Assembly (NCBI GenBank): GCA_017504305.1
Contig: JAFVRJ010000001.1
Coordinates: 13,562-77,561, forward strand
Source: Clostridia bacterium
GTDB taxonomy: Bacteria > Bacillota > Clostridia > Christensenellales > DTU072
Direction: 5' to 3'
DNA: 64,000 bases
In this document: piece after piece, positions 1 through 9,455 of the stretch
How the letters are laid out: the number at the start of each line of letters is the position of its first letter
Numbering within the stretch: the first letter of the stretch is position 1
Notes under the pieces: model-generated
What the model was told of the DNA's origin: nothing
Seen by the model: only the letters and a program-made list of their open reading frames with translations
Databases searched by the model: none
Made by a program: the position numbers and the translations under genes

Positions 1-238
1 CGCCACCTTGAACGTTTTCGATGGTGGGGTTAGCTTTGATTTCGCTATAAATATCATAGGGAATAGCTTCTCTATCTAAAATGTCGGTAACTTTTTGAGT
101 TACGTTAAACTTAATCAAATCGGGGTCGGAGCATACGAAAGCCTTCTTAAAGCCTCTTGCTTTGATTTCGGTGGCAACGGCTTCGATAGCGCCTTTGCCG
201 TGGTAACTTGTTTCATTTAAAACGAATCTGTTTGCCAT
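1..238 (-). CDS. iron-containing alcohol dehydrogenase (FucO/lactaldehyde reductase-like), N-terminal part; gene runs off the left edge
   Basis: Not in the ORF track because it is truncated by the window. Manual reverse translation from ATG 238-236 gives MANRFVLNETSYHGKGAIEAVATEIKARGFKKAFVCSDPDLIKFNVTQKVTDILDREAIPYDIYSEIKANPTIENVQGG. This parallels the FucO/Fe-ADH N-terminus as I recall it. AGGAG RBS lies at 246-250 (minus). Confidence 0.8.
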   Translation of the reverse strand, partial: MANRFVLNETSYHGKGAIEAVATEIKARGFKKAFVCSDPDLIKFNVTQKVTDILDREAIPYDIYSEIKANPTIENVQGG

Positions 239-317
239 TGATGGTCTCCTTAAGATTTAATAAATTTATTATATTACACCGCGCCCGCAAGGTCAATAGG
301 CATAGGAAAAGCTTTTT

Positions 318-346
318 AAACAAAAAAGCACTATTTAGTGCTTTTA
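318..346 (-). terminator. rho-independent terminator of the XRE gene
   Basis: Hairpin AGCACTA-TTT-TAGTGCT at 328-343. A T-run follows on the minus strand, and the hairpin abuts the stop codon at 344-346. Confidence 0.6.
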
Positions 347-544
347 TTTTGCGTAATCATCAAATAAATCGTTTGGTGTACACTCTAAAATATCACAAAG
401 TGATTTAAGGTTTTCAAACTTAATCCCTTGCGTTTGATTGTTGACAAGCTTGTTAAAGTTTTGATAGCTTAAGCCAAGTTGAATATAAAGCCAATACTTC
501 GTTTTTCCTTTTTGCTCCAAAATATCAAGTATACGTAGTCGCAT
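344..544 (-). CDS. XRE/Cro-C1 family helix-turn-helix transcriptional regulator (66 aa)
   Basis: The ORF has the typical HTH_3 pattern (LEQKGKTKYWLYIQLGLSYQNFNKLVNN...LKSLCDILECTPNDLF). AGAGG RBS is present. Confidence 0.85.
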   Translation of the reverse strand: MRLRILDILEQKGKTKYWLYIQLGLSYQNFNKLVNNQTQGIKFENLKSLCDILECTPNDLFDDYAK

Positions 545-555
545 TATATTACCTC

Positions 556-626
556 TACATTATATAATGCTTACATTATAATTATTTTATGCTATTGACA
601 AATAGACATGTACATTATATAATGTA
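556..626. promoter_or_regulatory. divergent promoter/operator region: repeated ACATTATATAATGT palindromes overlapping a consensus promoter
   Basis: A perfect 16-bp palindrome TACATTATATAATGTA lies at 611-626. A second copy ACATTATATAATG is at 557-569 and a half-site TTACATTATAAT at 571-582. A plus-strand promoter has TTGACA (595-600), a 17-nt spacer and TATAAT (618-623) inside the palindrome. Confidence 0.7.
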
Positions 627-651
627 TACATTAGATATGGTGGAGGCGTTT

Positions 652-1005
652 ATGCAAATCAACAAGGTTAACGAGTTGCTTTTGTTCTACAAAAACCAAG
701 TACCCGACGATCGATTGCTTTTTTTAAAGAAGTGTTTTCTTGAACTCAATGAAGATACCGCAAACGAAATACTTGCGACCCGTTTAAAATCACCAAGAAT
801 CACCTTGCTTTATGCCATAACTTTAGGCTTTTTCGGAGCGGATAGGTTTTATATTGGTGACATTATAGGTGGAATTCAAAAACTACTATTCGGTTGGCTG
901 ACGCTCGGTATTTGGCCTTTAGTAGATATATTTTTGACCCAAAATCTATGCAAAGAGGCCAATTTCGAAATATTGAAAGAAAAACTAAGACAATTGGAGG
1001 AATAA
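652..1005 (+). CDS. TM2 domain-containing membrane protein
   Basis: TM2 signature LYAITLGFFGADRFYIGDIIGGIQKLLFGWLTLGIW. I chose the ATG at 652 (GGAGG 5 nt upstream) rather than the track start at 589, which lies inside the promoter. Confidence 0.75.
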   Translation: MQINKVNELLLFYKNQVPDDRLLFLKKCFLELNEDTANEILATRLKSPRITLLYAITLGFFGADRFYIGDIIGGIQKLLFGWLTLGIWPLVDIFLTQNLCKEANFEILKEKLRQLEE

Positions 1006-1006
1006 T

Positions 1007-1525
1007 ATGGACAAAATTCAAACCGGTATGTTTTTAGAGCAGATTAAATTTAAAGTTCCTGTCGAGTTACTCCCTCGCGCTAAAGAAGCCTTGCTTAATG
1101 CATCTTCCTCTGCATCTTTTAAAGTATTTAGCCTCAAGTTCAAATCCCCCATCCTTGCTACTTTATGGGCAATATTTTTCGGCTGGTGCGGTATAGATTG
1201 TTTTTACATTAAAAAAATAGGGGCAGGCATTAAGAGGATTATTGTTACGCTCATCAGCGTGCTTATAGACATCGGAGCTTATTTCTTAACCACCTATGTA
1301 ACAAATCCTTGGCACGTCAACCTATTTCAATCGTTATCTTTCGATCTTCAGCCAAAGGTAATACATGCTATCGGTATTGGTGTTGCGTTGTGCTTTGCCA
1401 TCATCTACGTCGTGTCCTTAATTAAGAATATCACACTTGTTGCTGATAAGACTAAGACATATAATTTTAGCTTGCTTGGTATTAAAGAGAAGCGTCCGGC
1501 GGTGGTATCATCTTGGGAGCTTTAA
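1007..1525 (+). CDS. TM2 domain-containing membrane protein (second paralog)
   Basis: TM2 signature LWAIFFGWCGIDCFYIKKIGAGIKRIIVTL. It starts 1 nt after the previous stop, with GGAGG upstream. Confidence 0.75.
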   Translation: MDKIQTGMFLEQIKFKVPVELLPRAKEALLNASSSASFKVFSLKFKSPILATLWAIFFGWCGIDCFYIKKIGAGIKRIIVTLISVLIDIGAYFLTTYVTNPWHVNLFQSLSFDLQPKVIHAIGIGVALCFAIIYVVSLIKNITLVADKTKTYNFSLLGIKEKRPAVVSSWEL

Positions 1526-1546
1526 TGTGAGTTATAAATCAATTTT

Positions 1547-1572
1547 TAAAAGCACTCTTAAGAGTGCTTTTA
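1547..1572. terminator. bidirectional rho-independent terminator
   Basis: Perfect palindrome AGCACTCTT/AAGAGTGCT at 1551-1568, flanked by an A-run and a T-run. It sits between convergent genes. Confidence 0.7.
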
Positions 1573-2424
1573 TTCTTCTATATCGAATTCAGGTATGTAC
1601 TCTTCTTCCGCCGAGGCAATCTCTTGGGTAAAGAGGTTTTCGAGCCCCCTCTTTAGGGCGTGGGAAATTACCATTTTGTACTCTATCGGCTTAAGTCGCC
1701 TATTGGGATCATCACAAAACGGCATCGGTGTAAATTGGGACATAAGGCTAACCGTTATATCCGCGCCCAATCTATCGACCAAATTATCTACCGCCGATAT
1801 GCTGTTTTTAACGTATCCGGGCAGTACCAAGTGCCTTATTATTACACCTTGCTTAAGCAAATTATCCTTATACACCATTGGCTTGTTCTTTACCATTACC
1901 TCGATGGCGTTTAGGGCGGTTTCGGGGTAGTTTTTGCGTGCAGATAACTTTAATCCCAGTTCTTTGTCCGAATATTTATAGTCGGGTAAAAAGATATCTA
2001 CGTACGGCAAAAGCCCTTTTATAACCTCCACCTTCTCGTAGCCCGAAGTGTTGTAAAGAATAGGTATATTGGGACGATATATATCAAGAGTTCTCTTTAT
2101 TTGGTCGCTATACTGCGTGGGAGTAACAAAGTTAATATTATGTACTCCTTCGTCTTCCAACCTTTTAAGCTCATCCGCAAGAGCTTGCGGAGTATACTTT
2201 TTGCCACGAGGCGCCCTGCTGATTAACGCGTTTTGGCAAAAGGCACATCTCATTACGCATCCGCCAAAAAAGACCGTTCCGCTACCGCGCTCTCCGCTTA
2301 TGGGGGGTTCTTCAAAAAAATGCGGAGCTATACGGTTAACAACCATATCTTCTCCGCATAAACAAATTCCTAATTTTTCGCTACGATCTACTCCGCAGTC
2401 GTTGGGACAAAGATTACACTTCAT
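1570..2424 (-). CDS. radical SAM protein, PflX-like (putative pyruvate formate-lyase activating enzyme family)
   Basis: N-terminal Cys cluster CNLCPNDCGVDR plus the radical SAM motif CVMRCAFCQN. Length is 284 aa. Confidence 0.75.
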   Translation of the reverse strand: MKCNLCPNDCGVDRSEKLGICLCGEDMVVNRIAPHFFEEPPISGERGSGTVFFGGCVMRCAFCQNALISRAPRGKKYTPQALADELKRLEDEGVHNINFVTPTQYSDQIKRTLDIYRPNIPILYNTSGYEKVEVIKGLLPYVDIFLPDYKYSDKELGLKLSARKNYPETALNAIEVMVKNKPMVYKDNLLKQGVIIRHLVLPGYVKNSISAVDNLVDRLGADITVSLMSQFTPMPFCDDPNRRLKPIEYKMVISHALKRGLENLFTQEIASAEEEYIPEFDIEE

Positions 2425-2427
2425 ATT

Positions 2428-3312
2428 TTAAAAGAACGGTACTTCTCCCGTAACGATAAGCGTTATTACAAAGAGTAACGCAACTGCAAGTACCTGTAAA
2501 GCAAGATAAATATATAACGAATATCTACCGGGTATGGTAAATATCTTATTCCACTTGCCGTCGAGTTTAGGTAAAAGCGACTTTTTGTTGGGGTACGCTA
2601 TCGGCGATAAACTTGCACCAAGCATAAAGAAGCCAAAGAACGGGAGTAACGGGAAGTAGTCCGCCGTCCACCAATCGTTGGTGTAGAAGAACATGCCCGT
2701 GAATTTACCGGTGCTTTCTACAACTGCCCCCGATGCGTTGGCATCGTATAAAGTTACGTTGCAAGTGTAGTTTACTACGAGAAGTGCAACCGCAATTAAA
2801 AAGTACGTTCCCGCTTTAATAAAACGATAGTGCTTAAATCTGCCGGCTATAAGTTTAGTGGTGATTTCGATTAGCGCAAACGCCAATATACATACGGCAA
2901 GACAATGCAATACGCCGAACAAAATGAAGGTTCCGCTCATTGCAAAATACTCCTCGATAACCCAAGTTATCACCGAAACCAATACCGCAACAACCGCAAG
3001 TTTTAGTCCTCTTAAAAAGTTGTTGCGACTAAACTCCGTACAAGTGCCGGAAACAAAAAAGAATATAAATACGAAGACCGGCCAAAAGATATTGCGTAGC
3101 ATGCCGAACTCGTAGGCACGAGCAAACTCCGATATCTTCAAAAGCCCTTCGGTGCCCTCCATGTATCTCCACTCATAGTAGAACATAAAGGCAAAGTCGT
3201 ACATGATGTGATCCCATACGACGGCAAGTATCGCAAGACCGCGGAGTGCGTCAAGCTCCCATGCGCGAGCTTTTTTGTTGGCTCTAAAGTTGTCCTTTTT
3301 GACTTTTGCCAT
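2428..3312 (-). CDS. DUF1624/heparan-alpha-glucosaminide N-acetyltransferase-like membrane protein
   Basis: Polytopic membrane protein with the N-terminal motif ELDALRGLAILAVVWDH typical of this family. TAATG overlap with the upstream gene. Confidence 0.6.
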   Translation of the reverse strand: MAKVKKDNFRANKKARAWELDALRGLAILAVVWDHIMYDFAFMFYYEWRYMEGTEGLLKISEFARAYEFGMLRNIFWPVFVFIFFFVSGTCTEFSRNNFLRGLKLAVVAVLVSVITWVIEEYFAMSGTFILFGVLHCLAVCILAFALIEITTKLIAGRFKHYRFIKAGTYFLIAVALLVVNYTCNVTLYDANASGAVVESTGKFTGMFFYTNDWWTADYFPLLPFFGFFMLGASLSPIAYPNKKSLLPKLDGKWNKIFTIPGRYSLYIYLALQVLAVALLFVITLIVTGEVPFF

Positions 3313-4181
3313 TACGCCCCCTTGTACTCGATGCGGTCGAGCTTCTTGATGCCACCATCCAATACGTATACTTCAAACCTATCGCTATACTCGTGTATGA
3401 GCGTATTTGGTTCGACGGCAGACATATAAATTTTAGGTTCTTCTTTGGGCACTTGGACCTCCCTTTCCGATTGCATATAGTCGAATTTGGGTGTTCCGTA
3501 TGCTCCGTTTAGGTTTCCTAAATAATCGTTTTGCGATGATCTAACGGGAGAGTATCCGTCATCGTAAACTTCTTCCGACAGATCGAGCGTAGGGTTATAT
3601 TCACCCCTATAACCGCTTCCTGCGCGGTCGTACGGCGCGCTACTATATGCACGCTCTATCGCTTGATCACGGAGCTTTTCTTCGAGTTTACGTTCCGCCC
3701 TTATTTCATAAAGGCGTTGTTCTTCCTCTCTTACGCGTTCCTCTCGCTCGAGCTCCTCTTGCTTGAGTTCTTCGCGCCTTCTTTCATACTCCTTGCGGGT
3801 TTCGTCGCCAAGTTGGGCGTAACGACGGCTTTCTTTGCGGTAGTTTTCCTCCGCCTTTTTAGCTTCCTTTTCGCTCGACTTGAGCTTTTCCTTTTTCTTC
3901 TTGCGGTGTTCTTTGGTGCTTATCCTATGCGCTATTACAAACGACAGCAACACCGAAAAACCAAATCCGATAAGGTACAACGTGGGATATAATCCGCCTG
4001 CAAAGGGGTTGAAATCCCATATCAAATTGAGTATTGCGCCAAACGCTGCGTACACCAAGGCAACGGAAAATAGCTTACCTATGGTAAGTACTATTTTCGC
4101 TATTATCTTTGCAATCATAATGATAACTTCCGTTACCGCTTTGAGTGCGCCGAGAATTATGCCTGATTGTACCGGTAGCAT
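3312..4181 (-). CDS. hypothetical membrane protein with a long charged (K/E/R) coiled-coil segment
   Basis: Two or three N-terminal TM helices are followed by about 100 aa of an EKLK/EERR-rich region. I recognise no family. Confidence 0.5.
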   Translation of the reverse strand: MLPVQSGIILGALKAVTEVIIMIAKIIAKIVLTIGKLFSVALVYAAFGAILNLIWDFNPFAGGLYPTLYLIGFGFSVLLSFVIAHRISTKEHRKKKKEKLKSSEKEAKKAEENYRKESRRYAQLGDETRKEYERRREELKQEELEREERVREEEQRLYEIRAERKLEEKLRDQAIERAYSSAPYDRAGSGYRGEYNPTLDLSEEVYDDGYSPVRSSQNDYLGNLNGAYGTPKFDYMQSEREVQVPKEEPKIYMSAVEPNTLIHEYSDRFEVYVLDGGIKKLDRIEYKGA

Positions 4182-4184
4182 TTA

Positions 4185-5471
4185 CTATTTCTTGGTGATA
4201 ACCTCGATACCGCCCATGTACTTGCGGAGTACTTCGGGTACGGTAACAGAACCGTCTGCGTTTTGATATTGCTCTACGATTGCGGGGATAACACGGCTGG
4301 TTGCAAGACCACTACCGTTGAGGGTGTGAACGTATTGCGGTTTGCCGGTTGCGCTATCGCGATAGCGGGTGTTGTTACGACGTGCTTGGTAGTCGTTTGC
4401 GTTGGATACGGAAGATACTTCCTTATAGATGCCCATGCTGGGGATCCATACTTCGATATCATAGGTACGTGCCATCGATGCACTGCAATCGCCTGCTGCG
4501 AGCTTGGATACGCGGAAGTGTAAGCCAAGTTTTTCAACAAGGCTTGCAGCCTTGCCGAGAAGCTCCTCAAAAGCTACCATGGATTCGCCGGGCTTTGCGT
4601 ATTGTACCATTTCAACTTTGTTGAATTGGTGTCCGCGGATCATACCGCGCTCTTCGCTACGATAGCTACCTGCTTCCTTACGATAGCAAGGAGTATATGC
4701 GAATAACTTTAAGGGGAGCATGCTTTCGTCCATGATTTCGTTAGCGTAAACGTTAACGAGTGCGGTTTCAGCGGTGGGAAGCATAAAGCGGTTCTTCTTC
4801 CTATCCTCTTCGCCTTCAAGCCAATATACCTCGTCTGCAAACTTGGGGAATTGTCCTGCACCGAGTCCGCAGTTGTAACCGAGTTGGTGAGGGGGAAGGA
4901 TAAACTCGTAACCATCCTTGATGTGCTCGTCAATAAAGAAGTTGAGGAGCGCCCACTCAAGTCTTGCACCAAGACCTCTATAGAGCCAGAATCCGCCACC
5001 GGAAAGCTTTACGCCACGCTCGTAATCGATGATACCGAGATCTACGCAAAGGTCAACGTGATTCTTGGGAGTAAAATCGTAGCTCGGTTTTTCGCCAACA
5101 AGCTTAATAACTTCGTTATTTTCCTTTTCACCGCCTACCAAATCATCGTCGGGCATGTTGGGTAGAGCAAGTAAAAAGTCGTTGATCTTGCCTTCAAGTT
5201 CAGCTACTTCCTTGTCGCTTTCGGTGATTTTGTCGCCGAGCTCGCGCATCGCTTGGAAGATGTGATCAACAGGTTGTCCTTGCTTCTTGAGCTTGGGGAT
5301 TTCACCGCTTACCTTGTTGCGCTCTGCCTTGAGTGCTTCGACGCTTTGCTTTTTAGCTTTGCGTTCTTGATCCCATTGTAGAAGCTCGGTAAAGTCTACG
5401 GTATGGCCCTTCTTTTGAAGAGCGTCTACGACTTTTTGAGTGTCGTTTCTGATTAAATTAAGGTCTAACAT
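4185..5471 (-). CDS. serS: serine--tRNA ligase
   Basis: 428 aa. It has the N-terminal coiled-coil arm and class II motifs (FMLPTAE, YTPCYRKEAGS, GSGLATSRVIPAIVEQYQ). Confidence 0.95.
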   Translation of the reverse strand: MLDLNLIRNDTQKVVDALQKKGHTVDFTELLQWDQERKAKKQSVEALKAERNKVSGEIPKLKKQGQPVDHIFQAMRELGDKITESDKEVAELEGKINDFLLALPNMPDDDLVGGEKENNEVIKLVGEKPSYDFTPKNHVDLCVDLGIIDYERGVKLSGGGFWLYRGLGARLEWALLNFFIDEHIKDGYEFILPPHQLGYNCGLGAGQFPKFADEVYWLEGEEDRKKNRFMLPTAETALVNVYANEIMDESMLPLKLFAYTPCYRKEAGSYRSEERGMIRGHQFNKVEMVQYAKPGESMVAFEELLGKAASLVEKLGLHFRVSKLAAGDCSASMARTYDIEVWIPSMGIYKEVSSVSNANDYQARRNNTRYRDSATGKPQYVHTLNGSGLATSRVIPAIVEQYQNADGSVTVPEVLRKYMGGIEVITKK

Positions 5472-5501
5472 AAAAGCCTCCGCTTAAAATGAATATTTTT
5501 C

Positions 5502-6605
5502 TTATGAGTTGGATTTTACGAGATAATCGTATATAAATCCTTCTATGTCGCCGTCCATTACGACGGTTACGTTGGTGTTTTCATACCCCGTACGGTGATC
5601 CTTAACAAGGGTGTACGGACAGAATACGTAGCTCCTTATTTGCGAGCCCCACTCTATCTTTTTGATTTCGCCCTTTATGGATTGCGCCTCCTCCATCTGC
5701 TCGCGCTCCTTGAGCTCGGCAAGCTTGGAGTATAACATACGCATGGCGGTTTCCTTGTTTTGCACTTGGCTCCTTTCGCTTTGACACCAAGTAATTATGC
5801 CCGTAGGCAGGTGCGTTATTCTAACAGCACTTTCCGTTTTGTTAACGTGCTGTCCGCCTGCGCCCGACGATCTGCAAGTATCTATCTTAAGATCTTCAGA
5901 GCGAATTTCGATTTCGGAGTTATCAATGATTTCCGGCATAACCTCGAGCGATGCAAAGCTCGTGTGTCTACGTTTGTTGGCATCGAACGGACTTATCCTT
6001 ACAAGTCTGTGTACCCCTTTTTCCGCCTTTAGGAACCCATATGCGTTAGTTCCTTCCAGCTTGAAGGTTACGCTCTTTATGCCGGCTTCGTCGCCTGCTT
6101 GGTAATCTATTTCACTCACCGCGTAACCCGCGCGCTCCGCGTAGCGCCTGTACATGCGGTATAACATCTCCGCCCAGTCTTGCGCTTCGGTACCGCCCGC
6201 GCCTGCGTGTAAGGTCAAAATAGCGTTCAAACCATCGTACTTGCCCTTAAGAAGCGACTCTAAAAAGAGCTTCTCCGAGTCCTTTTCAAGCGCCAAAAGC
6301 ATGCTACGGATTTCTTCCTCGATGCCCTCTTCTTCCATCATCTCGGCCATGTCCATAAGTTCTCTTACGTTTTGGCAGGTGGCTTTAAGAGCTTCGACGG
6401 TTTGCTCCTTGCGCTCGATTTCCGCAATACGTTGGTTTACCCTTTTTGCCTTTTCAACGTCCAACCAAAAGCCATCTTCCTCTTGCTTTTTGCGAAGCTC
6501 TATTAGCTCAACTTTAAGTTGAGGAAGATTCAATGCTTCCTCCGAGGTCTTAACCTCGGCGGTAAGCTCTTCAAGCTTTAATTTTTCGTTATAAAAGTCT
6601 ATCAT
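5502..6605 (-). CDS. prfB: peptide chain release factor 2 (uninterrupted, no programmed frameshift)
   Basis: SPF motif (RISPFDANKRRHTSF) and GGQ motif (SGAGGQHVNKTESAVRITH). A single 367-aa ORF. Confidence 0.95.
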   Translation of the reverse strand: MIDFYNEKLKLEELTAEVKTSEEALNLPQLKVELIELRKKQEEDGFWLDVEKAKRVNQRIAEIERKEQTVEALKATCQNVRELMDMAEMMEEEGIEEEIRSMLLALEKDSEKLFLESLLKGKYDGLNAILTLHAGAGGTEAQDWAEMLYRMYRRYAERAGYAVSEIDYQAGDEAGIKSVTFKLEGTNAYGFLKAEKGVHRLVRISPFDANKRRHTSFASLEVMPEIIDNSEIEIRSEDLKIDTCRSSGAGGQHVNKTESAVRITHLPTGIITWCQSERSQVQNKETAMRMLYSKLAELKEREQMEEAQSIKGEIKKIEWGSQIRSYVFCPYTLVKDHRTGYENTNVTVVMDGDIEGFIYDYLVKSNS

Positions 6606-9265
6606 TATTTACCGCAACAGTTCTTGTATTTTCTTCCGCTACCGCAGGGGCAAGGATCGTTACGACCTACCGACTTCGCCGGATCAGTGTTGCGGATGGT
6701 TACGCGACGTAGTTGCTCTTGAATAAAAATGTTCTTGCGCTCGATAACCGCTTCGATATCAATTTTTGCAAGGATGGTTGCCGTTCTATCTTGGATGTCC
6801 TCGATCATGCTATCGAACATTTCGAAGCCCTCTCTACGGTACTCCATAACGGGATCGCGTTGACCGAGTCCGCGTAGACCGATACCCTTGCGGAGTTGAT
6901 CCATCGCCGCAATATGATCCTTCCAATGGCTGTCTACTTGACGTAAAAGAAGGTTGCGCTCGGTGGATTTGAAGTCGATTTGTTCCTCCTCGGCACGCTT
7001 GATCTTCGCTTCATATTGCTCTACTACCGTTTCATAAACGTAATCTTCGATGCGTTGGTCGCTCATTTCGCTTATCAATTCCGCGGTAATAAGGTTGGTG
7101 TCTTTATTAAGAAGTCTGTTTTCAAGCTCATTGTTGAATGCAGCAATACGGCTTTCATCCATCTCTTCATCGGTTTCAAGATATTTGTCTACGATTTCCG
7201 ATACGATGGGCTCGAAGTATTTTAATACTTGTTCGTGAACGTCCTTTCCGCCCAAAACTTCGTTACGCTCTGCATAAATCATTTGGCGTTGCTTGTTCAT
7301 AACGTCGTCGTAATTCAAAACGCGCTTACGGATAGCATAGTTGTTTTCTTCACAACGCTTTTGAGCGGTTTCGATCAAACGGGAAAGTATACCCATTTGG
7401 ATGTTTCCGCCACCAAGCTCTACGGTTGCCTTTAGCTTATCGCCACCGAATAAACGTGCGATATCGTCCTCGCAAGAAAGATAGAAACAGCTCGAGCCCC
7501 TATCGCCTTGACGTCCGCTACGACCACGGAGCTGGTTGTCAATACGTCTTGCTTCGTGACGCTCGGTGCCGATTACGCGCAATCCGCCACGCTCAATAAC
7601 TTCAGCCTTTTCATCGGCGATTTGCTCTTTAGCTTTAGCTAAAAGTTCGGTGTAACGTGCGCGAGCCTTTACTTCGGCTTCCTCCTCTACTGCGTAGAAG
7701 GCGGTTGCAATTTCGATAAGTTCGGGTGCATAACCCTCTTTTGCCATTTGGGCGCGAGCAATAAACTCGGGGTTTCCGCCAAGCAAGATGTCCGTACCAC
7801 GACCTGCCATGTTGGTGGCGATGGTAACGGCATTGAGCCTACCGGCTTGTGCAATTACTTCCGCTTCTTCGGCGTGAAGCTTTGCGTTAAGAACGTTATG
7901 CTTGATGCCCTCTTTGCGGAGCTTTGCGGAAAGCTCTTCAGATGCTTGAACGCTGGTGGTACCAACAAGTACAGGTTGTCCCACTGCGTAGCATGCTTTG
8001 ATATCTTCAATAACAGCTTCGATTTTATCTTCACGCTTTGCGTAAACTTTATCGGGCTCGTCGAAACGAACTACCGGTTTGTTCGGGGGGATCGGTACTA
8101 CGTCAAGGTTATAGATACCGCGGAATTCCGCTTCTTCAGTAACCGCAGTACCCGTCATGCCCGAAAGTTTTGCGTACATACGGAAGTAGTTTTGGAAGGT
8201 GATGGTCGCGATGGTAACGCTTTCGCGCTTGATCTTGACGTTTTCCTTGGCTTCGATAGCTTGGTGCAAGCCTTCAGAGTAGCGACGACCTATCATTTTA
8301 CGTCCGGTGAACTCGTCAACGATAACGATTTCGCCGTTTTCAACGATGTAGTCTTTGTTGGCATGCATTAAGAAGTTTGCGCGAAGTGCAGTGTTGATGC
8401 GAGTGCCGAGCTCTGCTTGCTCGCTATCGGAAAGGCTGGATTGGTTAAAGTAGCGGTCGGCCTTTTCAAGACCTTCTTCCGATAGGAAGGCGTGATTGTC
8501 CTTTTCTTCCAAAACAACGTCTTCTTCAAGGTTAAGGCGCTTTACGAAGCGATCGACCTTAACGTACTCGTCGGAAGATTGTCCGCTCATGCCGGAAATG
8601 ATAAGAGGAGTACGAGCTTCGTCGATCAAGATGGAGTCAACTTCGTCGACGATAGCGTATGCGTGTCCGCGTTGAACAACGTGATCGAGCTCGACTTCCA
8701 TGTTATCACGGAGGTAGTCGAAACCGATTTCGTTATTGGTCGCGTAAGTGATGTCTGCTGCGTATGCGGCTTTACGTTCCTCTTTTGACATTTCGCGAGT
8801 AACGACGCCTACGGTAAGACCAAGGAAGCGGAAGATTTTACCCATCCACTCCGCGTCACGTTTTGCAAGATACTCGTTGACGGTAACGATGTGAACACCC
8901 TTACCGTTCAAAGCGTTAAGATATGCAGGGAGCGTTGCAACCAAAGTTTTACCTTCACCGGTTTGCATTTCGGCAATACGGCCTTGATGCAAAACGATAC
9001 CGCCAATGAGTTGTACGCGATAATGGCGCATGTTGAGAACTCTCTTGCCTGCCTCGCGAACTACTGCGAAAGCTTCGGGGATAAGATCGTCAAGCTTGGT
9101 GCCGGCAGCAACTCTTTCTTTGAACTCTGCGGTTTTAGCGCAAAGAGCTTCGTCGGAAAGAGCGGAAATTTCCGGCTCCAATGCCTCGATTTTATCGGCA
9201 ATAACTTCTAATTTTTTAAGCTGTTTTTTCTTTTCATTTACAAATAAGAAATCAAGAAAACCCAT
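6605..9265 (-). CDS. secA: preprotein translocase ATPase SecA
   Basis: 886 aa. DEAD-like motor motifs (MQTGEGKTL, DEVDSILIDEARTPLIISG, TNMAGRGTDI) and a C-terminal zinc finger CPCGSGRKYKNCCGK. Confidence 0.97.
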   Translation of the reverse strand: MGFLDFLFVNEKKKQLKKLEVIADKIEALEPEISALSDEALCAKTAEFKERVAAGTKLDDLIPEAFAVVREAGKRVLNMRHYRVQLIGGIVLHQGRIAEMQTGEGKTLVATLPAYLNALNGKGVHIVTVNEYLAKRDAEWMGKIFRFLGLTVGVVTREMSKEERKAAYAADITYATNNEIGFDYLRDNMEVELDHVVQRGHAYAIVDEVDSILIDEARTPLIISGMSGQSSDEYVKVDRFVKRLNLEEDVVLEEKDNHAFLSEEGLEKADRYFNQSSLSDSEQAELGTRINTALRANFLMHANKDYIVENGEIVIVDEFTGRKMIGRRYSEGLHQAIEAKENVKIKRESVTIATITFQNYFRMYAKLSGMTGTAVTEEAEFRGIYNLDVVPIPPNKPVVRFDEPDKVYAKREDKIEAVIEDIKACYAVGQPVLVGTTSVQASEELSAKLRKEGIKHNVLNAKLHAEEAEVIAQAGRLNAVTIATNMAGRGTDILLGGNPEFIARAQMAKEGYAPELIEIATAFYAVEEEAEVKARARYTELLAKAKEQIADEKAEVIERGGLRVIGTERHEARRIDNQLRGRSGRQGDRGSSCFYLSCEDDIARLFGGDKLKATVELGGGNIQMGILSRLIETAQKRCEENNYAIRKRVLNYDDVMNKQRQMIYAERNEVLGGKDVHEQVLKYFEPIVSEIVDKYLETDEEMDESRIAAFNNELENRLLNKDTNLITAELISEMSDQRIEDYVYETVVEQYEAKIKRAEEEQIDFKSTERNLLLRQVDSHWKDHIAAMDQLRKGIGLRGLGQRDPVMEYRREGFEMFDSMIEDIQDRTATILAKIDIEAVIERKNIFIQEQLRRVTIRNTDPAKSVGRNDPCPCGSGRKYKNCCGK

Positions 9266-9297
9266 CTAAATACCTCGTAATTTTTATTTCAACGCAT

Positions 9298-9327
9298 ATT
9301 ATAGCACACATACGCGCGCTTACGCAA
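9298..9327 (-). promoter_or_regulatory. putative sigma-A promoter for secA-prfB-serS
   Basis: On the minus strand: TTGCGT (9327-9322), an 18-nt spacer, and an extended -10 TGCTATAAT (9306-9298). It lies about 35 nt upstream of the secA ATG. Confidence 0.55.
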
Positions 9328-9330
9328 TAG

Positions 9331-9455
9331 TTAAAACTCGCAAATTGGCGACCTCCTTAAAAAAGCGTACTTATTGCTCGGTCATTTACATAGGTAAACT
9401 CTCGTCGCAATTTCGCACGCCTTTTGTCGTATCTCATCCAATTTGCGAGTTTTAA
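9331..9455. repeat. 125-bp element bounded by perfect 18-bp inverted repeats (MITE-like; related to the array units)
   Basis: TTAAAACTCGCAAATTGG at 9331-9348 is the exact reverse complement of 9438-9455. The interior contains AGCGTACT and GGTCATTTAC, which resemble the conserved loop words of the repeat family. Confidence 0.7.

Noticed and set aside
5472-5501. T-box leaders upstream of serS or alaS.
   Set aside because: The serS-prfB gap is only 30 nt, and alaS overlaps apgM. There is no room for a T-box, so the genes are evidently co-transcribed.
5502-6605. A programmed +1 frameshift site in prfB.
   Set aside because: The RF2 ORF is continuous from its ATG through the region homologous to the usual CUU UGA shift site (…EEALNLPQL…). 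There is no in-frame UGA, so this is a non-frameshifting prfB.
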